Shown here piece by piece: positions 55,056 to 61,153 of a stretch of 61,153 bases of DNA (position 1 is the first letter of the stretch; the number at the start of each line of letters is the position of its first letter). The stretch is taken from contig JAUCBJ010001349.1 of the NCBI GenBank assembly GCA_032718475.1, positions 1 to 61,153 on the forward strand. Direction: 5' to 3'. Origin of the DNA: Nemertoderma westbladi. Its lineage: Eukaryota; Animalia; Xenacoelomorpha. The position numbers and the translations under genes were made by a program. Under the pieces are notes generated by a model. It had not been told where the DNA came from, searched no databases, and saw only the letters and a list, made by a program, of their open reading frames with translations.

Positions 55056-57902
55056 CTAAGTATTTGCAATAATGGCCATGGTGCTGAGAGGCAAAATATT
55101 CAGTAGTTCGTATAATGTGTCGTTGTTTATATATACTCCAACATGCAGAAGTCGGCGTAGAGCCTGTCTATATGCTGAATCGATACGAGATATGTCATTC
55201 TTGCTCAGGTTACCAATCGTATACTTCAGCTTGTATGTCAAGCTTGGGATTACAAGTGACTTCCAGAGATATGATAATGTTTCGGTATCTAACCATTGCG
55301 ATGTCCACCCTTTCTGTTGAAAAATTCCTCCCATTTTCCATATATGCTGAGTGCACTCTGCGGCAGCGTGTGCGCTAGTTTTGTTGGAAGAAAGAGTGTA
55401 GCCCAGGAACTCGATTGTCTGACTTTCCGGTATTAGCTGCCCATTAATATTGAGGAAACACGGTATGTAAGTGTTGTTGTTAGCTTCGCTGTACATCCAG
55501 TGACATTTAGACGGCTCGAACATTAGTTGTAACTTATCGAGCCCCATGTTCAGTATATTTGACATGAGTTCTATTTCCTGTATTGTAGTGGCTAAAAGAA
55601 AAACATCATCAGCATACATTATGCAGCCGAACCAGATATCGTTGATCATGCACCCCAGTCCGGATTCAGTTAGCGACTGCATGACGCTGATGGTGTAAAG
55701 ATTAAATAAGCATGGTGACAGTAATGATCCTTGCATGATCCCTCTAGGCATATTTATGCCAACCACATCTATCAGATTTCCAAACTTGAGGTACACTATG
55801 GCGATGCTGTAGTAATGAACCAGTAGACGGCAAATGAATGGGTTTATAATTCCTGATAACTTCTCGAAGAGAACTGCGTGGTCAACTTCGTCAAAAGCGG
55901 ATTTGATATCAAGTTGGCACATATACAGACCTGATCCTAGTTCACTAAAGTGTTGTATACATTCCAGTATCAAACCGATGGCAGCCTCGCATCCCACATG
56001 TTCTTTATATGCTAACTGATAGTCGTTTCTTGGAAGGATATTCTCAAGGAAGCCTTTGTATATTATACGCTCGAGTACCTTTGCTAATAGGCATATGCTG
56101 GCAATCGGTCTATAAGAGTTAGTTCTCATGGGATCCTTCCTCTTCCCTTTGAATAGACTTGTTATGATAGTTGCTCCAAAAACATCGGGCACCATGCCAA
56201 TACGTATACTTGCATTGTACATATTTGCTAACAGGTGACACATAGTCTCGGGGTTGGCGGATAAAAGGTGCTCCACTGTTATAGAATTGAGGTCTGGCGA
56301 CTTCCCTACCGATAACGATAGAATAGATTTCCTTATAGTTTCTTCAGATATGGTAGGCATAGTAGTATTCTTGCATTGTCTGTCCAAATTATCGGTGATA
56401 TTGGTAGTACTAGTAACGTTTCTTGTGATTCTGTCCCTATATGACTGACGTATTTGTTCCTGAATCTGAGTTGGTGGTGTACTTGAAGTTCCCTTGTTTG
56501 AAAATTTACGCCAGAAACCCTTTGGGTTGCACTTCAGCTTGTGAGTTACTTCACCGACCGATCTTGCAACGTGTGTCTTCATAAGTGCATTTTTTAGTTG
56601 TCGTACTCCGCGTTTGGACTGTTTGAAGGCGATCCCCACCTCATCGTTAGGATCTTTCCCATTATTGACCCATAGGTTGTACAGGCTGCGGGTGGTTCGG
56701 CATCGCTCCGAAAGAGTAGCTGAGCGTATTCTATAATTTTTGGTTGTCCTTTTCTTTTTTATTACATTAATAGATTCAAGTGCTGATTTGTGTAACGCAG
56801 AGTTAATGTTGTTGGCAAGAGTATTGAGGTCGTCTATGGTGTCGATAGCGAGTAATGCCATCCCCTCAAGGTGATTATCTAAGGTTCGATAGTACTGGTC
56901 TTTCTGTTTTTTGGATGCGCTTCTCCAGTTAAATCGTATAGGCGTCTGTTTTGTAGCAGTTTGTTCCACCAACCCTTCCTTTGCAACGTCACAGTTGATT
57001 GAAATCACGATTGGTAGATGATCAGAAAAATTTTCTGCTTCGTCATGTTCTATGATGTATCCCCCTATGACTTTAAATGGACCATTGATAGGCATCACAA
57101 TGTGGTCGATATAACTCCAATGACCACCCCCTATATAATTATATGCTGGTCCTGCCACGTTGTCAAGTGTGTCTATAGCTGTAAGATTGTGGTTGAGTAG
57201 GAAGTTGTTCAGAATGAGACCGCGGTCTGTTGCATTGGGTCTGTGAAATCGTGGTCCTTGTTCAGACCCTAAGTCCGCGTTAGCATCCATCATAATGATA
57301 GGGATTGCCACTGGGTACATGGTGATTAAAGCAGTAAGGCGACCAAGATGCTCATTATAACTTTGAATGTTTTTGTTAGAGTCTGGAGCATAGCCTGAAA
57401 GTAGAAGAACGCGAACATTGCCAGTGTCACCAATTATTCCAACAATGTCGTCCCCAGAGGCGACTTTGGCCCAGTTACATACTTTACCTCTGCGGAATGC
57501 CAAGGCTACCCCTCCAGCGCCTCTAACCCTATTAGGGTTATTCATTAAATCGCTGGTGGAGTATACGAGCTCGAAGTTTTCATTGAATGATTTCTTAGCT
57601 ACATGATCAAGCTCTATAGCATCCATCCAGTGCTCCTGAATTCCAATGACATCGCATACTTCAAGCAGTTTGTCTATCTGATCGATGCTACTCGAGTACC
57701 CGTGGCAGTTAAAGGATCCTAATGTAAGTCTTACTTTAGAAGATTTATAATCCGTGTTGCTAGTACCAGTGTTCTTATTCGCTGCAGAGTCCACCTTTGG
57801 AGATGGAATGTCCTTTGGAGATGTCTTGGCTTGATGTTCTGTGAGGGTGGGGCCAGTGCAGTTTTCTGTATATTTGGTTATTTTGGTATTTGCGACTGGC
57901 AT
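55056..57902 (-). CDS. LINE ORF2: AP endonuclease + reverse transcriptase (948 aa; may continue by frameshift to 54752)
   Basis: APE motifs SFNCHG, IQEHW, MDANA, SYIDH, SDHLP; RT motifs YRPI, LDIKSAFD, GIMQGSLLSP, YADD, FLG. Confidence 0.93.
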   Translation of the reverse strand: MPVANTKITKYTENCTGPTLTEHQAKTSPKDIPSPKVDSAANKNTGTSNTDYKSSKVRLTLGSFNCHGYSSSIDQIDKLLEVCDVIGIQEHWMDAIELDHVAKKSFNENFELVYSTSDLMNNPNRVRGAGGVALAFRRGKVCNWAKVASGDDIVGIIGDTGNVRVLLLSGYAPDSNKNIQSYNEHLGRLTALITMYPVAIPIIMMDANADLGSEQGPRFHRPNATDRGLILNNFLLNHNLTAIDTLDNVAGPAYNYIGGGHWSYIDHIVMPINGPFKVIGGYIIEHDEAENFSDHLPIVISINCDVAKEGLVEQTATKQTPIRFNWRSASKKQKDQYYRTLDNHLEGMALLAIDTIDDLNTLANNINSALHKSALESINVIKKKRTTKNYRIRSATLSERCRTTRSLYNLWVNNGKDPNDEVGIAFKQSKRGVRQLKNALMKTHVARSVGEVTHKLKCNPKGFWRKFSNKGTSSTPPTQIQEQIRQSYRDRITRNVTSTTNITDNLDRQCKNTTMPTISEETIRKSILSLSVGKSPDLNSITVEHLLSANPETMCHLLANMYNASIRIGMVPDVFGATIITSLFKGKRKDPMRTNSYRPIASICLLAKVLERIIYKGFLENILPRNDYQLAYKEHVGCEAAIGLILECIQHFSELGSGLYMCQLDIKSAFDEVDHAVLFEKLSGIINPFICRLLVHYYSIAIVYLKFGNLIDVVGINMPRGIMQGSLLSPCLFNLYTISVMQSLTESGLGCMINDIWFGCIMYADDVFLLATTIQEIELMSNILNMGLDKLQLMFEPSKCHWMYSEANNNTYIPCFLNINGQLIPESQTIEFLGYTLSSNKTSAHAAAECTQHIWKMGGIFQQKGWTSQWLDTETLSYLWKSLVIPSLTYKLKYTIGNLSKNDISRIDSAYRQALRRLLHVGVYINNDTLYELLNILPLSTMAIIANT

Positions 57903-57918
57903 ATCCTTGAATCCATTG

Positions 57919-60900
57919 TTAAAAATGAGACCTGTTAAGTGGATTCCTCGTCAGATAGTAATCCTGTGCGATTTGGTAGTGTTTCATGTAATCTCGCTTG
58001 TGTTGTCTTGTGTCTGCTTTGGAGTTTTCCTGCCTGTTAAGATCATGCGTGATTGCACTGTAGCATCTCAAGTCACTTGGTGCTCTGTAGTTATGTTTTC
58101 TTGATTTCTCATGAAAACTACGGGAGTGATCATCTATAGAAGATTCTTTGGAGGCATCTGGGGAGCTATGCTGTTCCTTATGGTTTAGTGCAGAACTGTT
58201 GTCAGATTGCTTTCTTGAACGTCGTCCTTGCCAGTCATTAGTTGCATGTCTATCTGGGTTTGTGACCCATTCTTTACATACAATCCCAGAAGGCCAGAAT
58301 GCATTGTGCATAAGAGTATCTTTAAGGTTAGCGTCAGTAGTAAGGCGAACGCTTTTCCCATCTCCATGTAGGCGAGTTGTGATTCGATGCACAGCAATTT
58401 TCCTTTCGATAAGGAAGTTTACTACATCATCCTCGGTGTTGTTCTTATTAATGCCAGAAATAAAGAGTTGTACTCTGAGGCGTGATTCGGCGCACATCAA
58501 TGGAACTCCACATCTTTCAGAATTGATTAAGTTGTCCTCTCCCTTGCAATTATTTCCCGAGTTCACTGCAATTCTTTTGGTAATCCTCTTTGGTTGATGT
58601 TGAACGACATGCTGTTGCTGCTTATCTTTACGGACAGTAGTGTGTCTGCTGGTAGTGTCTGACGTTGTGTTATCGGTATCGAAATTACTTAGTAGGTGAT
58701 AAGGGTTGGGGCCAATGATTGTACCGCCCATGTCCCTTTGCCGTGGCGGTTGTTTTGCTACATGTTTGTTCCTCGGCATACTGAATGAAGTACTATAATC
58801 CTTCGATTGCTGGCTACTGCGCTCATCCTGGAATTTTACTTCATGTAAAGTTGATTCGGGTGAAGAAAAAGTTCCTGGTAAGTCGTCATCATCATTAATT
58901 GAGTCTATTATCAGCCAGTCGGATTCCGTATCATTACTTGGGGTCAGGGTGCATTGCGTGCCTATGGCAGAGTTGCCCTGTTTCCTGGTTGAAATGATGT
59001 TCCGAAACTTTTCCTCCAGTACAATCCGGGAGTTACGCTCATGGTTTAAATCTTGTTCTATTGTCTTATTTTGCTCTTTTAGTTTGTCGTTATTGGTTTC
59101 GAGTAGGCAGATGCGTGATTGTAGGGATGCGATAGCAGTTATGAAGTCATTTCTCAGAAGCCGTATGTTGTCCTGTTCATTTTTGTCCAGTTTGATATTA
59201 TCTGTTGTATACATCCTCTTGCGGCATTGGTTTGAAAGGACCTTTTCTCGAATAGCTAAGAGCATCTCATATACATCAGTGGCTAACTCCCTATGAGAGT
59301 TCCGTGGATAGAGCTGTAGTGACAGCTGCTGTAGAGGTGACATAAATGGTTTTAAGTCCTCGAATAACTTATTCCTATGCTTTGATAAGTCCCCATTTGC
59401 AGTATTAGCTATTAGATTGATTGCTTTCTTTCGGGGGTGCTGTATAAGTCCAAATAAATTGATGCATTGTGAGGATTTCTGTTCCTGTATGTTATGGTGC
59501 TTGGTGGTGATGGTACCTGCTAATGTCGGGTCCGTGATGGTTGGTGCATTTAAGTCTGGTAAGTGAACAGGATCCAGGGTTTCTGGATCTCGTAGTTTAT
59601 GGTCCACGAGGCACTGTAGTAACCATTGTCGCAGGTTAGCATTTTGTATCTCACCTGATAGACTATTACCGGTGGATACCATAGTCGCATATAGGCATGC
59701 AAATACGCCGCAATCTTTGCTTAGAGGTTTTTGAAGGGGGTAATTGTTGATGTGGGAGACGGCAGTCCATGAACTTTTTGCCCCTCCAGAAACATATTCG
59801 ATTGAGTTTAGCAGTTTACAGATTCTCCGAGTCACAGTTGATGGTCGAGTCATCGCATTGATGCTGCATAAAGTATATACACTATGGTCGCTGAGATTAG
59901 CGATATGCAGAACGAAGTGGTCATTGAAGCAGTCAGGAAAGAGGCACAGTGATGTAGATCTTATGTTACAGGTAGATGTGATATATTTCAAGGCACTTGC
60001 ATAGTCGAACCTTTCTTGATGCAACTTGCTACAAAGACTTGAGTCGATACAACCTATTCTATCATCTCCCATTGAGTTATTTAAAATAGATAAAAAAGAA
60101 TCCACAATGACAGTTGAAAGTTTGCATCCTGGTTGTAGGTAGTCCCAGTCTGGGTCTGATGGCTTAATAATCACTTTGCTATTTATTACTGGTGTTTTGA
60201 GGATGGCATCCCTAATTCGCACATCATCATGCTCTAAGTCTGTGTCAGGATAAAATTTGTTTACTTCTCCTTGGGAATATTTGTGTTCTCCCATGTACAC
60301 CACATCCTTGTTACGGTTAATGTTTGACATTACCATATGATTAGAGTTTTCCGTCGATGTAATGATGGTGGTTGGATGGTCTGGAGTTATTCCACCCTTC
60401 TTATGTCTAATTGGTTTGAAGAAATCAGAAATTTTACTTCTTTTTGCTTTAGACATTAGTGCTTGTGAGTCTGTGACAGTTGAGGGTAGATTGAGGTCTG
60501 TCACCTGAAGCAATGCATTGTCAGAAATGTCTATCAACTCTGGAGTGGACATGCCGGATGGGCCGCTAGTTGGTTGGAGATGCCCCCCATATGATTGGTC
60601 TGTCCTGCAAGCCCCTGATTGAGTGACTGCTCGATCAGTACATGGCATGTGGTCCAAAAGCTTGGAATTCGAAACAGAAATTGGAATATCCCTGACTGTA
60701 ACGTCCCTGGGCCTCCATATGCCATCACTATGAAGATCTTCGACCATGACACCAGTGAAGTGGGCGTGGTGGTTTGTTGAGGGATGCTCTGTGATGTTCA
60801 ATTGGGGCAATGGTGGTGAGAGTTCCTGGTGTGAAGGTGTGGGGTATGTCAGGGGTGTCGGGTTTGTCTGGGGTAATTGTGTGCTGGTATGTGATGTTTG

Positions 60901-61153
60901 TATAAGATGTGTGGGACTGTAAATGTTACCTATTATAGATGAGTAACTAACTAACCCATTGTTTCTGTCAAGTTTAGGCCGGAGTTGGTAGTTATGAGAA
61001 TACCCGATCTCTGAGCTTCTCCGGGGTGGGTCATGGGCTGTATGGATACCCGGGCCTACCCATCCCGGGAGCTGTGGAAAGGTTGGGGTTGGCGTTATGT
61101 CGATAACGTCCGCCTGTGGTTGGCGCATCCCCATCGATGCATTGGCCCTGTTA
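57919..61153 (-). CDS. LINE ORF1 (>=1071 aa, open to the window edge) with Ulp1/C48-like protease, coiled coil and RRM-like domain
   Basis: LQPGCKLSTVIVDSFL..FPDCFNDHFVLHI..YTLCS..PLQKPLSKDCGVFACLYA (~59620-60160); coiled coil (~59010-59130); QLFISGI..TEDDVVNFL..FWPSGIVCKEW (~58268-58470). Confidence 0.85.
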   Translation of the reverse strand, partial: NRANASMGMRQPQADVIDITPTPTFPQLPGWVGPGIHTAHDPPRRSSEIGYSHNYQLRPKLDRNNGLVSYSSIIGNIYSPTHLIQTSHTSTQLPQTNPTPLTYPTPSHQELSPPLPQLNITEHPSTNHHAHFTGVMVEDLHSDGIWRPRDVTVRDIPISVSNSKLLDHMPCTDRAVTQSGACRTDQSYGGHLQPTSGPSGMSTPELIDISDNALLQVTDLNLPSTVTDSQALMSKAKRSKISDFFKPIRHKKGGITPDHPTTIITSTENSNHMVMSNINRNKDVVYMGEHKYSQGEVNKFYPDTDLEHDDVRIRDAILKTPVINSKVIIKPSDPDWDYLQPGCKLSTVIVDSFLSILNNSMGDDRIGCIDSSLCSKLHQERFDYASALKYITSTCNIRSTSLCLFPDCFNDHFVLHIANLSDHSVYTLCSINAMTRPSTVTRRICKLLNSIEYVSGGAKSSWTAVSHINNYPLQKPLSKDCGVFACLYATMVSTGNSLSGEIQNANLRQWLLQCLVDHKLRDPETLDPVHLPDLNAPTITDPTLAGTITTKHHNIQEQKSSQCINLFGLIQHPRKKAINLIANTANGDLSKHRNKLFEDLKPFMSPLQQLSLQLYPRNSHRELATDVYEMLLAIREKVLSNQCRKRMYTTDNIKLDKNEQDNIRLLRNDFITAIASLQSRICLLETNNDKLKEQNKTIEQDLNHERNSRIVLEEKFRNIISTRKQGNSAIGTQCTLTPSNDTESDWLIIDSINDDDDLPGTFSSPESTLHEVKFQDERSSQQSKDYSTSFSMPRNKHVAKQPPRQRDMGGTIIGPNPYHLLSNFDTDNTTSDTTSRHTTVRKDKQQQHVVQHQPKRITKRIAVNSGNNCKGEDNLINSERCGVPLMCAESRLRVQLFISGINKNNTEDDVVNFLIERKIAVHRITTRLHGDGKSVRLTTDANLKDTLMHNAFWPSGIVCKEWVTNPDRHATNDWQGRRSRKQSDNSSALNHKEQHSSPDASKESSIDDHSRSFHEKSRKHNYRAPSDLRCYSAITHDLNRQENSKADTRQHKRDYMKHYQIAQDYYLTRNPLNRSHF

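Larger units (their letters stand above)
54405..61153 (-). mobile_element. RTEX-like LINE, near full length, 5' end beyond the window
   Basis: ORF1 and ORF2 separated by 16 nt, 3'UTR with AATAAA, terminal hairpin and short (taa) tail joined to the CR1-group RT. Clade assigned by motif resemblance only. Confidence 0.85.

Overview
Animal (bilaterian invertebrate-like) nuclear DNA: AT-rich, with spliceosomal introns and many poly-G tracts. The one clearly intact host gene is a three-exon Otx homeobox gene (+, CDS 8320-8419, 11346-11557, 12630-13316; 332 aa). Downstream is a nested transposon landscape: a 5'-inverted LINE with a 12-bp TSD; MITEs with 9-bp, 8-bp and TTAA TSDs; 44-bp and 30-bp minisatellites; a decayed Sola2-like DNA transposon whose right end lies in a 2471-bp tandem duplication; a truncated hAT transposase; a frameshifted WD40 gene; and a CR1-group LINE interrupted by an RTEX-like LINE. 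Two elements stand out because they carry ubiquitin-family enzymes. (1) A 6.4-kb IS3EU-like DNA transposon (42224-48613, TAC..GTA ends, long TIRs with 10-bp-period arrays) holds an IS3/integrase-type transposase convergent with a HECT E3 ubiquitin ligase. (2) The RTEX-like LINE has an ORF1 containing a Ulp1/SENP-type (C48) protease domain ahead of a coiled coil and RRM-like region. Family names come from motif recognition by eye; no database search was run.
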